Notes: generated by a model not told the origin, from the sequence alone. DNA of 64,000 nucleotides from Chara braunii (GCA_003427395.1 BFEA01000019.1:2386032-2450031); one strand, 5' to 3'. Shown: positions 49,563 to 62,902, counted from the stretch's first letter. Numbers and translations are program-made.

Positions 49563-50601
49563 GGGCGGACGGACCGATGGACTAATGATCCCAACCGATG
49601 GACCAACAGTCCCAAACGACTGATCGACAGACCGACAAACGGATGGAACGACAGACCGATCGACAGATAGATGTCTGTTTGACAGATAGAAATTTACTTG
49701 TCAGACAAATAGAACAGACAAAACAGACTGACCGACCGACCGACCAATCAACCCACCGACCGACAGACAAACGAGTTTCAGACAGACAGAAAGACAGATG
49801 TCTGTCTAACAAATAGAACAAAAAAAACGGGCTGACCAACCGAGCAACCCCCACCCAGCCCAGCCCAACCTGGCCCAACCTGACAACCAGAAACACAGAC
49901 AGACAGCTAGCAGACGGGAAGAACGACCGAGCGACTGGACGAATGACTGATCGATGAATGGACCCACCGACCAACTGACCGATACACTGATGCACCGACC
50001 AACAGATAGACCTATGGACTGATGAACGCAATGACCAACCGACCGAGGGACTGACCATCCAAAAACCCGACCAACCGACGGACGGGGCAACCGTACCGAC
50101 CAGTCCGACCAACTGACGCTGAAGTGCACTACAAACTCAATCTTAACTGACCGGCATACTGACCGACTAACCAACCGCCTGCCTGGCCATGTGCTTGCCC
50201 ACCCGCCCGCCCACCCACCCACTGCCCGGCCCCCGACCAACCAACCAACCGACCAAGTACTGACCAGCTAACTGGCTGACAGACAGACAGACAGACAAAC
50301 AGACCAACAGACAGACAGACGAGACAAGCTGGACCGGCATATCGACCAGACAGACCAAACTTAACCGAACAGGCGTGACGGGCGGACCGGTCAACCAACT
50401 GATATCGACTACCCAATTGACGGACCAACACACAGATACCGATACATAGAGACAGACAGACAAACACATAGATACATGGACAACGAGCCAGCCAGGTAGC
50501 CAGGCAGGCACGCATGCAGGCACACAGACTGAGACATCAAAAGACACATGGCGAGACACACCAAGGACGGACCGACGGACCGACGGACCGACGGACCGAC
50601 C

Positions 50602-50641
<40 letters not shown>

Positions 50642-51120
50642 GGACAGACAGGACAGACAGGACAGACAGACAGACTGACAGACTGACAGACTGACAGACT
50701 GGCCGACCGACCAACACAACCGGCCCAAACAATTGACCCGCCAGCCCACGCGCCCCCACAGACAGATGAACGGAGACATACACAGACAGACAGACAGACA
50801 AACCATACACTAAACAAACCACGACAGACCAACCGAACCAACCGAATCGACTGCACCACAGACACACACACACACATAGACACATTGTCAAACAAACAGA
50901 CAGACAAAGAGAGAGACAGACACAAAGATAGACAAGACAGACCAAACAGACCAGACAGACCAGAACATCCAACCAGACGGAGCATACCAACTGCCCCACA
51001 GATAGACAGGCAAGCCAGGGGGGGGGGGGGACAGGTGGGCATGGGGTTGTCAGGCAGGTGGACGGGTGGGTTTACAGGCAGGCAGGCAGGCAGGCAGGCC
51101 AGCAGGCAGACAGACAAAGG
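49380..51120. repeat. Long compound (GACA)n/(GACC)n/(GGCA)n low-complexity region
   Basis: Direct inspection. Confidence 0.9.
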
Positions 51121-52731
51121 TGCAAAAGAGACCTGCAATGGCTAAAGCTGTGCGTAAGCGAAGACACTTCTGGACAAAAGGTACAAGCCATATCAACTCA
51201 CATGTCAAAAGAAAGCTGATTGAGGGAGAATGATGGTGATGCTCAAGAAAACTGCAGTTGCACGTCATGGAAACCAAATGACATTCAGAAGAATGGACAA
51301 AAGAGAGACTGATGCCAATGCCAATGCCCAAGAGACCAGCAGTCCCTCCTGCAGAAGGCCATGCCAGAACGGAAACACAGTGCTTCCGGAGAAAGTAGCT
51401 TGTGAGAAAAGGTGGCGCACAAGAAACCAGCGTAAGGAAAAACCGATGCGTGGAATGCTGCAAAGTCTAAGAAAGTTTAAGAAACTGGTATTTACTATTT
51501 ATTATTTAGCATTTCATTCGCAGAGGTCTACAGATCGGAGAAACTGCTGCTTGTGAAACGCACATGAAGAAACCTCATTTTCAGAACCTGCAGTTCCTAC
51601 CAGGGTCTGCAGTTGCAAACTTAATCCTGCAGGCCCTGCACGTCAGCGTATCTGATGAGCAGAGCCTGTACGTTAGAGAATCCGATAGCACAGAAAGCAC
51701 TACATGTCAGAGTAAACAATGCTACCAAACCTGTATCTCAGTGAAACTGATGCTGACATATCTACATGTCAGAGAGACTGACACCATAGGAAACTGACAC
51801 TTGTGCCACAGAAGAAGGCCAGCCCATGCAGAAAAAAGTACAGGATAGCATTGCTGTAATGCTCAGGAAGCTAACACATAACAGAGTGTGGAAGCCCTGA
51901 CGGCGAAAGCAGAAATGCCGCAGGAGTCGTGTCAGAAAAACTGATACCGTCATGCTGTAGAAACACCAACGCTGTGTAAAAGCCACAATGTCACGCCGTA
52001 GAGATACCAATGCTATAGGAAGCTCTCACACAGGGCGTGGAAGCCATTACGGCAAATACAACGATGATGGATTCATGTCAGGAAATCCAATCATGTCAGA
52101 GAGACTGATCCTGTGAGAAAAACCAATCCTATGAGAAAAACTGATACGGCCAGAAAAAAATGACGCTCTCAGAAAAGTGACATGTCATTTCATAGAGATG
52201 ACCGATCCCATAGAACGCTACACATGACAGCAAAGTCATTGCTCAAGGAAACTGGCATCACAGCGCGGAAAACATGGGCCCAGAGAGATGCACATATACG
52301 GTTGCTGAGGACAGACTCGAGCACAGACGAAGGTGAGTTCGAATGACAAGGACCGATTTGCGCAGATCAGAATAAATGTTGTTGTCAACTGAAACAGATG
52401 CCTGGAAAATAGAACTGTCTTGAATCCACCCATTAAACCACCAGTGCAAGCCCTCTCCTGCAAAACACCCAACGGTGTACAAGGAGACCGCGCTTTTGAT
52501 GTACCAGTCTCTGCTGGGGACCTGTTTGATTTGTTCAGCCGCAAAAAAGTTAGGTTTGGCCTTCTTTTTTCGGTCCCCCGCACTGGCGCTTTAATATACC
52601 CCATGGCCACCCCCTGCAGGGAGCACACAGAACAAATCCTGAGAAAAAATGGCTTTTGCAAGAATCGTCACAGAATGTGTGCGCTTGTCTCCGCCCATCA
52701 CGAGCAGAAGTGTGGCAAGAACACACATCCT

Positions 52732-52921
52732 TTCTATTTATTTATTTATTTTTCTTTCTTTTCTTTTTCTTTTTTTCTTTTTTTTCTTTTTTTTTTTTTT
52801 TTTTTTNTTTTTTTTTTTTTGGGACCATTTCTCGATTTATGTGTGTCACCCTTGCGCAGGGGCCATTTTGCTAATTACCCTTCTCTGTATCGTTCCAATT
52901 TTAACGGATGTCCGGAAGGAC
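52732..52921 (-). pseudogene. U6: U6 snRNA retrocopy with long A-tail
   Basis: Reverse complement of 52822-52921 is a full-length U6 with two small insertions. Tail 52732-52820. Probable TSD gaacaca(c/a)atcct at 52719-52731 and 52928-52940. Confidence 0.9.
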
Positions 52922-53754
52922 ACACACGAACACAAATCCTAATTTTGGCTGATTATGAAAATGTATGCTGAGCTCGAAACCAAAGCTTATATGCTGCGCT
53001 GGAAACAAAACATGAGATGCAGAGAAACAAATGGGAAAATGTCAAGGATAGAAAAAAAAACGAGGCTGCGATGCTGAGTCTATCCAGAACATATGCCTGA
53101 GAACATAACTGCTGAGGATAAAATTGATAAATCCCCTAATCTGAAATCAATCCGATGATTCCAAATATATACCCAACACCTGGGACTACACGTCTCCTGG
53201 TGTGCACATGTCGAATACATAACAGAGATGCTCTGCCATCTGAGCTCCACAGGATGTGCAGAATGAGCTTCTCCACAGGCAGACTGAAAAAAACAATCTA
53301 CTAAAAAGCTAGAGACTAAGTACCTCAGTCAGCCCAAAAGGAGAGGTTTGATCGCTCCAAGACAAGGACCCCACAACCACACTGAACAGCGATTGCTCTC
53401 CCCCACATCCTGATGTTTCTTCATCTTATTCCTATTGCTGTTATGATGGGCTTAACTATAGTTCTCTTCTTCTTCTTCTTCTTCTTCTTCTTCTTCTTCT
53501 TCTTCCTCCTCCTCCTCCTCCTCCTCCTCCTCTTCCGACTTACATTGCCGCCTTTCATTGGTAGCAGGAAAGGACGCAGAGGAGAAGAAACAACTACACT
53601 GGAAAGAATGCAACACAACGACCGACATCAATCTTTTTTTTTTTTTTATTAATTCAACAAGATGCTACCAACGCCACGTGACAGCTTGTCCACCACATAT
53701 CACCTTCGCCCGGTCATCTCCCACTTCCGCTTCCCCTCCCACCGCCCCCTCCAT

Positions 53755-53928
53755 CTACTTCTTCGCTTTCGAGAAACGCAGGCACCTATATTGCTCCCCA
53801 CTAACTGTTATCTCCAAAGCCCCATCTTGATTGTCCTGTTTCGATGCCGTTCCCATCAGCAGATTTTTCTCCTTCTCCAGGTTCTCCCTCTCAATTTTCA
53901 GTCTCTGCTCCTGCTTCACAACCTCTGC
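53755..53928 (-). CDS. Coding exon 2 of a conserved plant-type small coiled-coil protein (117 aa total)
   Basis: AEVVKQEQRLKIERENLEKEKNLLMGTASKQDNQDGALEITVSGEQYRCLRFSKAKK*. AG acceptor at 53930-53929, phase 0, joining exon 1 in frame. Confidence 0.9.
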   Translation of the reverse strand, partial: AEVVKQEQRLKIERENLEKEKNLLMGTASKQDNQDGALEITVSGEQYRCLRFSKAKK

Positions 53929-53980
<52 letters not shown>

Positions 53981-54031
53981 TCGAAAAAATAATTCATCAC
54001 AGAGAATAGCCAAGCCATAAGACTGCCTCTC

Positions 54032-54062
<31 letters not shown>

Positions 54063-54405
54063 TAAATAGTAAACAGCCTCAGCCAGTCAGCCAGTCAGTG
54101 TCGTCATGCGGACTACCAAGGAAGCATGATGTCCTGTTTATGTGTGAGGCTACCGAGAGTGAAGTATGTGTTCTTCATGGTGGGGTATTGCTCTGTGTGT
54201 GAGCTTGCCATGCATAAACGCCATTTCGAGGATTCGATCACTGTACTCCTAGCTGTTCGGTTGGCATCTAGTCAGGCTACGATTTTTATTTTTTATTTTT
54301 TTTATTTTTTTCATAAAAAGGTCTAGGGTGCAGTAAAGGGTGGTGTGACCAGGCCTCAGACCTGAATTTGTCATCCAGTATGTTCTTAGAAGGGGGTAGC
54401 CCCTA

Positions 54406-54510
54406 CCGTCTTCACCTGAAAAGAACGCCTGGTCGTTATCGCTGCATCTGGACTGAAAGTTGGGCCAAATGCAGCTATAATGACCGGGCATTCTATTCGG
54501 GTGAAGACGG
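54406..54510. mobile_element. Tc1/mariner-type MITE, family copy 2 (intronic)
   Basis: TA-ccgtcttcacctgaa...ttcgggtgaagacgg-TA. Confidence 0.8.
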
Positions 54511-54768
54511 TAGCATTCATAGCATTCATTCCTTCATTTTTCCACAAGCATTCCAACCCCTGAGCTGTTTTCTAGCAGTCACATTTCTGTATTACTCAGC
54601 AACATGGGGTTGGGAAGTGTGTCATCTAGTACGAGTACCAACTTGCCGACGTGTCCAGGGTGGCGATGAGAGCGCACTCTTTGTGAAACCAACAACAAAA
54701 AACAAAACGTGGAGAAGACAAAAATGAAGGGCACACTGAAACCCTTCTTCTGATCATTTGGTTCCATA

Positions 54769-54991
54769 CTTGCAAGCAGAAGGACCGGACGAGCGTCGGG
54801 TCCGGTCCCGCTTTGCCGCGTGCCGCACCCTCCCCCCGGACCGGACGGGGCCGGTTTTTTTTTTTTTTTTTGGGGGGGGGGGGGGAGGATGGGGCGTAAA
54901 CGGTCGTCGGGCACACATTCGCGCGCCGCGCAGGTCCGGTCCGGCGGTCTGCCGCACGAGCAGAACCGCCCGGACGGCGTCCGCTTGCAAG
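54769..54991. mobile_element. MITE (intronic)
   Basis: TA-cttgcaagc...gcttgcaag-TA with internal CCGGAC/GTCCGG repeats. Confidence 0.7.
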
Positions 54992-55242
54992 TAAATATGT
55001 TCTTTTCTTTCCTACTTTACTGTGCCTATCATAAACAAGGCTCTACTCGATGAAGTTGAGAATGAGCTGCCCGCATCCCCGTGCGCCATAATGAATGACC
55101 CACTTGTAGGCTGTGCAAAAGAATCAGAGTAAAGGGGAAGGGAATAAACAGAGAGAAAAGATGGAAAGAAGACAAAGCAAAGGAAGGGAAATGGAAACTA
55201 AGAGAGAGTGAGGAGAGTATGGAATGAAGATAAAAACATGGT

Positions 55243-55363
55243 GTCCTTCAGGACATCCGTTAAAATTGGAACAATACAGAGAAGATCAGCATGGCCCCTG
55301 CGCAAGGATGACATGCATAAATCGAGAAATGGTCCAGATTTTTAATTAAAAAAAAAAAAAAAA
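55243..55363 (+). pseudogene. U6: Full-length U6 snRNA retrocopy with poly(A), intronic and antisense to the host gene
   Basis: gtccttcaggacatccgttaaaattggaacaatacagagaagatcagcatggcccctgcgcaaggatgac...ggtccagattttt plus an A-run. TSD gataaaa(a/g)catggt at 55229-55242 and 55365-55378. Confidence 0.92.
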
Positions 55364-56077
55364 GGATAAAAGCATGGTAAAAGATAAGAGAAGGCTCAAG
55401 AATCAGTCTGTCATTTTCTTTTTTTTCTTTTTTTTCTGTCCTTGATGACAAAGAGGACATGCATTGTAACAATTACATCGATGAGGACATCGAGCACCTT
55501 GCTGAGCAGTGAGCATTCACAGTACGACAATTGCTACGTTGGCCAGCATTAAGCATGTGCACCAGACACTCCCAACAAATGTGGCATGTCAATCGCAGGC
55601 CAACATGAAGCAAGAACAGGCACCGCAAAAGCAAAAGACCTCGCGTTCAGTATTTAACGCCCATGGCCACAAAATGGATATGTAGTGTCTAGATGCAGAG
55701 GATTCGCACGCCAACATGAAGCAAGAACGGACACCACAGAAAATCACGCACGCATTCAGTTCAACGCACATGACCACAAACTGGACATATAGTGTCCAGA
55801 TGTGGAGGATGCCTGCAGTCAGGAAAGGAGGGACAGTTCTCTGCACACATGGATGCAGAAACCATGTCACTGTACGGATTGTGACAGAGACGATGACAGC
55901 CGCAGCGGAGTGTCACATTGTTTGTAGCTGTGCAAAGGAGAAGGCCTTACAATGTTGTTGATACATTGAAAAATTGTACTGCTGCACCACAGGGGCAGAG
56001 AACTGATCTTCGACATAAAAGAATGTGCGGACAGTTTGTTGTGGCAAGAGAACAGCATCGTTATGTGAAGCAGAATA

Positions 56078-56198
56078 GTGCAAGGGGAGGAGGCAGGGTG
56101 GAAAACTAGTTGGCCCCCTTTTATCTCGAATAGCAGGACATCAGTTCGGGATAAAGGGGCCAACTAGTTTTCCACCCTGCCTCCTCCCCTTTTTGCAC
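56078..56198. repeat. Near-perfect intronic hairpin
   Basis: aaggggaggaggcagggtggaaaactagttggcccc pairs perfectly with ggggccaactagttttccaccctgcctcctcccctt. Confidence 0.9.
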
Positions 56199-56293
56199 AC
56201 CATTTCCCCCCCCCCTCCTCCATAACATGCTTAGAGCACAATGGAACAATCCCCAACGCAACGTAGCAGAGCACAAAGAGATGAACCACCGAC

Positions 56294-56473
56294 CTCCCGC
56301 CTCGCAAGCTCTGCTTTCCAGGCAGCCTCTCGCTCTGCAACCTCCTTCTCTCTTTCTTCTATATAGCTCCTCATCTCACGATCTCTCATTGCCCGGTCCT
56401 GCAGATCAGCCTCCAATGCCTCCTTCAACTCGTGTATGAACTTCTCAACAACTGCCTTTATTCTTAGAGACAT
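56294..56473 (-). CDS. Coding exon 1 of the conserved small coiled-coil protein
   Basis: MSLRIKAVVEKFIHELKEALEADLQDRAMRDREMRSYIEEREKEVAEREAAWKAELARRE. GT donor at 56293-56292. An upstream CAG acceptor at 56497-56495 implies a further 5' exon. It resembles an uncharacterised land-plant protein family that I recognise but cannot name reliably. Confidence 0.9.
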
Positions 56474-58672
56474 CTCGGCATTTGCTCTCCCCACCTGCAA
56501 ACACACCTACATCGGCATACACACAACCGATAAGCAGAAGCCCAGACACAACAACATAAATCGTCGGAATTTTTTACTACCTAAAAAAATAGTAATTATC
56601 TATGCGGCTTGCCCTTTTTTTTTTTAAGTTATTTAAAGTTATTTTTTATATGACTGTAATGTGAGAGGGACTTCATCGTAACCATCTGATTCTCCGTCAT
56701 TCATTTCTTCCGGACAACAACTAACCACTTCTCGACTGCCGCGTCCTTCCTGCAGTAGAAGTTCAACCTCCATGATTCTTTCTGCGGGGTTGTCACATTG
56801 TCCACACCCTCCATGTGGACACCCAATAGGCCCAATAGAAATTATAGACTATCTATTGTCACACTGTGAATCAGAGCACGAAAGCGAAAAAAAAGGCAAA
56901 ACAAGAAAAGGGAAAGAAGGAAGGAAGGAAAGCCCCACCTGTTCATCACCTCTTACGTACAAGGCCAGCCACGTGGATGACAGGTTGAGCGCTGGCTGCC
57001 CCCATCTCGGTGTGTCACAAGGACCCACTTGCACGCAGCCAAAAGGGAAAAAAGAGGTAAAGAAAAGGAGGAGGAAACCAGACCTCACAGAGGCAAGAGA
57101 AAGAGAAAGGTCAAAGAAAAGACAAAGGAAGAAAGCAAATGACACATCCCACAGATAAACCAATTGCAACTGTCACTACAAAGTTCAACATAATTTTTTT
57201 CTTTGTTTCTTTTTTCTTTATTTCTTTTTTCTTTTTTTCTTTTTTCTTTTCTCCAGATATTTGTACTTTCTTTTATCTGTCCCACAATTAGTGTTGCTCC
57301 TGATCGCTTGATTCTATTGACCAGTTAGGACGAGGAGCCCCCACCCCACCCCGGCAGATAGGACAGGCACGCTGAGGATGGCGTGGATGTCCCCACAAGC
57401 ATACCCAAGGAGAGCTACTTCAGCACTACACAGAGCATTCAGCAGGACGGCTACCTAGCACGTACCATCCCATCCCATCCCATCAAAACAGTCCTGACAA
57501 AGGACATGCTGCTGTCCACATGTCAAAAAAACAGCACGACGTTCATCACAGTGCGACATCATGCAGTCCTGATAGCGTCCTTGAGCACAAACGGGACAGC
57601 GCATATCTGGGTGATAGGGATGTGCACAACGAGGAAATGTTGGACACCCTTCGGCACAGAGGGCGTCGGCTGCAATAGATTGATAATGTTATGGGATAGG
57701 TGATTAATTCCGCACGCAGCCAAGACGCACTGCGTCCCTGTCCCGACAGGTGTCACACGAGAGATGGTCGATCAATAATCCAGAAGAATAAAGTATGATT
57801 CGGTAATGCACACAGAAATTCATTTATAATATTTTTATATTGAAAATAGCCTGAATCATTGTCCCACCATCCCACAGTTCCCACTGGGCAGCTGCACGAA
57901 CGAGTGCCATATAATGCCCATTAAGGTCTGTGCAAAATGCAGGCAGAAATATGAGGAGGATGGTCATTAAGCTCATCGCCTGGCGTCGCATGATGCATGC
58001 ATAAGAAGAACGTGGCGGCCGTGGAACGCTAACTGTAAGACTTTCTTTTTTTTTTTTTCCGTCCCCACCTTTCCTGTCCAATCAGTTCTTCGTACAAAAC
58101 TAGCCGCTTGTCGTCTTCTTCTTAGGTGCCAGAGCATGCCACGTGTCTTCTTCCTCGATCTCCACGTCATCGAGCAGCTAGACTGGTTCCCATCCACCAG
58201 ACAATTTTGCTCCCAAGGGTCTGACTACCGCATTCCAACGACCATAGCATCCGATCCGAACGACTAAGTCCATCATCTGGTCGTATTCCAACGACCGGAG
58301 ACGAAGAAAAAAGAAAGAAAACACGACGGAAAAAAAAAGAAGAGGGAGAAGAAGAAGAATAAGAAGAAGAAGAAGAAGGAAGCGTGAACTGCTGCGGTCA
58401 AAGTCGCTACTCCAGAATGCGTTCCAACGCAAACCTTGCATTCATACCGTAAACGACCATCGACATGCACCTGGACGTCAGGCTGTGGCAGACTCGCTTC
58501 TCAGATTAGTGACATTCTTGTCAGGGGTTTGGGAAAGACAGTCCGCTAGGATTACATGGGTTAGTGTGTGCGTAAATTCGACCACTTGTCTCAGGGGTAT
58601 TCGTGTAACTTCGGCCAATGTGGTGGGTCCTAATCCATCCACCAGCCACCAGACGACTGCATCCTGGGGAGA

Positions 58673-58728
58673 GGTCGTCAGGGTTCGACGTCCTCTGATG
58701 AGTCGGCGAAAGTCCAACGAAACAGTCC
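58673..58728 (+). ncRNA. Type III hammerhead ribozyme motif (partly decayed)
   Basis: GGTCGTC-AGGG-TTCGACG-TCCT-CTGATGA-GTCGG-CGAAAGT-CCAAC-GAAA-CAGTCC. The core is intact, with one mismatch each in stems II and III. Confidence 0.7.
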
Positions 58729-58862
58729 GGCATAATCGTGCTTTTTTTTTCTTTTTTTTTTTTGTGGAGTTACGTATAGCAGACATGACAACACGTGTGT
58801 GTGGAGATGTGTGTGTGTGTGTGTGTGTGTGTGGAGATGTGTGTGTGTGTTTGTGTGTGTGG

Positions 58863-58902
<40 letters not shown>

Positions 58903-59219
58903 GTGTGTGTGTGTGTGTGCGTGAGGATCGTGTGCGTAAGTGTTTGTGTTTGCTAAATACTGCTCCTGTTCTATACACACATTCATCATGATAATAACGT
59001 AAGGAGAGAATTTCGGTGGAACGACGGTAGTCGATCATCATGCATCTTGTATCCATTCATGGAAATATACATGGCGGCGCGCACGTGCGGTGGGCGGGCG
59101 GACATTCATTGATGAATGGAAGACAGTAGTCACATCATATCTTTCTTGTATGTTTACATCCATTAAAATATCAACGCAAACAGATTCATGGCGCGCGGCT
59201 GCATCATGGTGAAGCAATA

Positions 59220-59310
59220 ACAATTTAAATAATAATTTAAATAATACTTTAAATAATAATTTAAATAAATAATTTAAGTAAATAATTTAAATAAATGATT
59301 TAAATAATAA
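59220..59310. repeat. AT-rich minisatellite (AATAATTTAAAT-like)
   Basis: Direct inspection. Confidence 0.8.
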
Positions 59311-59655
59311 TGGCACGGTTGATTAGCATATACCCTCGGTTGATTGGCATATACCCTCCACCTCCCTCCCCCGTGATGACCAGGAGGACACGATATCTTT
59401 GGCCCTGGGGGAGGCCGTGACAAAAGGGAGCCTCGTTTTACTGGACTGCCTTGTAGAGCATAAGGACCCTACCTAGGGTTTTCTGGGATGCACCTGCCTG
59501 CTATTACAACTGCGTTCAGAGAAGAAAGTCATACCGTGGTGTGCGGAAGGCCTCACCGTCTCGGGACGGTTACTTCTCTCGCACGTAGAATAACGACGAG
59601 GAGAGGAAGATGCCAAGCAAATCGGTGGATGACGCACATGATGAATGATTCCAGC

Positions 59656-59980
59656 CGACAACGACGGCGATCAAGCAGGACATCCTCACACTAGGCCTTG
59701 CTGAATGCATCTGACCACAAATACGGCCAGATAAGGGGGGAAATAAAGTCCTAGTGCTACTGTAGTATGTCGTAAGAGGATAACAATAACAGTCGCTGAT
59801 GATGACGGTAATGAAAGATATGTGATGACGACAACGACGGCGATCAAGGAGGACATCCTCACACTAGGCCGTTGCTGAATGCATCGGACCACAAATACGG
59901 CCAGATAAGGGAGAAAATAAAGTCCTAGTGCTACTGTAGTATGTCGTAAGAGGATAATAATAACAGTCGCTGATGATGAC
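59656..59980. repeat. Tandem duplication, 173-bp period
   Basis: cgacaacgacggcgatcaag.aggacatcctcacactaggcc at 59656 and 59829. Confidence 0.9.
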
Positions 59981-60259
59981 CATCATGCCCATCCCCACGA
60001 CGACGACGACGAAGAAGAAGAAGAAGAAGAAGAATAGTGAAAACAGTGGCCATAGACTGCTTCTCGTACACGCATCAACATACTATTTACATTGCTTCTC
60101 CGCATGTACAGTTCTCAGTCTGAAACTTCATCGCAATTTCCCCTCAGGGGGCGTTTCGGCTAATCAGGCTGCTGCGCTCCTGGCACTCACTCCTCAGGGG
60201 GCTTCACCCCAGATCCGCCTTGCGGGACCACCACCAGACTTTCCGGCCAAGCAACTGAG

Positions 60260-61130
60260 AAGATGAGAAGAAGAAGAAGAACAGAAGAAGAAGAGGAAGA
60301 AGGAGAAAAAGAAGAAGAAGAAGAGGAAGAAAAGGAACAACGATGACGCAGACAAAGGAGAAGGGGAAGATGTGACAAAGGAAAACACGGTTATGGGTGA
60401 TCGAGGAAGCGGAAGGCGATGGTAGACTACCTACAATGTCACACAACAACGATAATAACAAGGAAGTCGAAAAGGAGTTCAATAGACGAAGGAAGCCAGC
60501 ATTCCAGCTGTTTCTTCTCCTTCTACTTATCGTCTTCTCCTCCTTGTTCGGTCGTTGTCATCTTCTTCTTCCTCGTCTATCCCATTCGCCATCTTCTTCT
60601 TCTCTACAGTTCTCCTTCTCTGTTCGTTGTTGTCTTCATCTTATTCGCTGTCCTCCTCCTCCCCCTCCTTTATCGTCATCTTCTTTTCCCTTCTGTCCCC
60701 TTCGCCCATCTCCTCCTCGTTCTTCATCTTCTTATTTGCTTCTTCTTCTTCTTCTTCTTCTTTTTCTCCTTTTTTCTTCTTATTTTCTTCCCCGTCTTTC
60801 ACCTTCGCCACCATCTTTTCTGTCACTTCCCTTCGTCTTCATTTCTTCTCTTCATCTTCTTCGTCGTCCTCCTTTTACTCCTATCGCCATTGTTTCCACT
60901 TCTCTTCCTCCTCCTCCTTTTACTCCTATGGCCATTGTTTTCACTTCTTCTTCTTCTTCTTCTTCTTCGTGTTGGTCGTCGTCGTCGTCATCTTCATCTT
61001 CATCTTCCCCGTCTATGTCTTTCGCCATCTTCTTCTCTGTCAGTACTTTCTTCTCCCTGTTTGTTGTCCTCCCATTCCTTGGTCATCCTGTTTTGTGTTT
61101 TTTTTTTCTTCCGCTTTCATCGTCATTTCT
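60260..61130. repeat. (GAA)n/(CTT)n low-complexity region
   Basis: Direct inspection; the ORFs here are compositional artefacts. Confidence 0.8.
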
Positions 61131-62831
61131 CCCCTTCATTATCCGCAAGGGTTGGTTCTGACCTGCCCTCCTTCCTCTTCAACTTCATTTGCGTCGCACA
61201 AAGTTCTGGGGGCGAGCATGCCTTCCCTCCTTCCCTCTCCCTTCCAGTTGAACAGCGATGGCCGCTCTGCCTCCTTGCGACCCGCGCGCAAACCCTCGCT
61301 CCGCTCAAGGACTGGCACAACAACGGGCCATGCCAGGCTGCTGTCTCCAATTATCGTTCCACGTGTTGAAGGGTGTCCTGTCCTGATGACGGACACCCGT
61401 CTGTCTCCTCACTTTCCGCTACGTGCCACGTCGGCAATCCCGAGGGTACGGCGAGGAGGATTAGACCAACACCATACTTACCGTACACACCAACAATATG
61501 GTAGTGATGAGAACTAGCAAGCAGAGTTAACAAAAAAAAAAAAAAAAAACATAGAAGGAAGAAGAGTCACGGCACCGCCGTAGTCCCCAAAGGACACGTG
61601 TCCCCATGCTTTCCGCTATAAGTGACACGCCAGCGAACGCCCGAAGAGAGGGGGACTTAAGCAAAAGACAATATCCGTATACGACATCTCCCAAGTAGTT
61701 TTACCGAGTTACAGAAGGGGAACCTCCTCCTTCTCCTCTGCATCCCGAGTTACAGAAGGGGAACCTCCTCCTCCTCCTCTGCATCCTCCTCCTCCTCCTC
61801 CTCCTCCTCCTTCTCCTCTGCATCCTCCTCCTCCTCCTCCTCCCCTGCTGCTGCTCCTCTTCGGCGTCATTCCGGCCATGAGGTGGCCCTCCATGCCTCA
61901 TCAAACTTCGTTGATTACCCTAATCAATGACATGGGGTGCTGGCGGCAAAGATCATAATCATGCCTAATCAAACTCCTTTCAGAAAGGATCGTCGACGTC
62001 GTGAGTCCCAATCAAAATCCCCTTTCAGTAAGGAAGTGACCAAATGCATGCACCTTAGTCCCTTTACGAGCGATGACGAAAGAAATAGCGAAACAAAAAA
62101 AAGACAAAGGAGAAGAAGAAGAAGAAGAAGGGAGCTATGGAAGAATGATGAAGAAGAAGAGAGGGATGAAGGATAGACAAGAGAGATCGAGGACGTTCTT
62201 CCTCGCCTCATTATCACGTATCCGCTTCCATTTTCTTCCTGTCATCTCTCTCTTTTCATTGTCCTAAATCCTCGTCCGCTCATTTTCACGGAGCATATAA
62301 TACTTAAACAAGGACTTTGTGTCATATGTCAACATCGAATCATCGTAATCATTCATACCAATCAGCTTTGTTAAGCATAAAATTATTACAGCGTATCGTA
62401 TATATATATACGCATCTTAATGATTTCATTTCTTCCACATTCCACATTAGGAAATTAAAAACATCGACAATCCCTGTCCATACACAATCACAGATGCTTC
62501 ACAGTTCCATTACTAATTCCTCAGACAGCACATATAATGAATACGCAAACGAAAGAAAAGAAAGAAAAAAACAAAAAAGGAGGGGGAAGTATTATAATCA
62601 CCACCATAAGCTCTATCACTCGTCAATCTCTATGACTCGTCAGAATCGCAAAACCCTGGTAGAAACAGTGAATTATAATAAATAATAATAGTATTAGTAC
62701 TGTAATACGATAAATAGTAACAGTCTTATTATAAGTAATTCATAGCATTATTATAATACATAATAAATAGTACACACTTACCTCCTCCCCTCCCTATCCA
62801 CACGACCAATCGAACGCGAGTCGGCAAGCGT

Positions 62832-62902
<71 letters not shown>

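Noticed and set aside
49067-51145. Multiple long ORFs
   Set aside because: Translations of (GACA)n/(GACC)n repeats.
55243-55343. Functional U6 snRNA gene
   Set aside because: It has a poly(A) tail, a TSD, point substitutions and no recognisable upstream USE/TATA, all indicating a retrocopy.
60397-61517. ORFs of 250-320 aa in all three frames
   Set aside because: (CTT)n-rich low complexity that lacks stop codons for compositional reasons.
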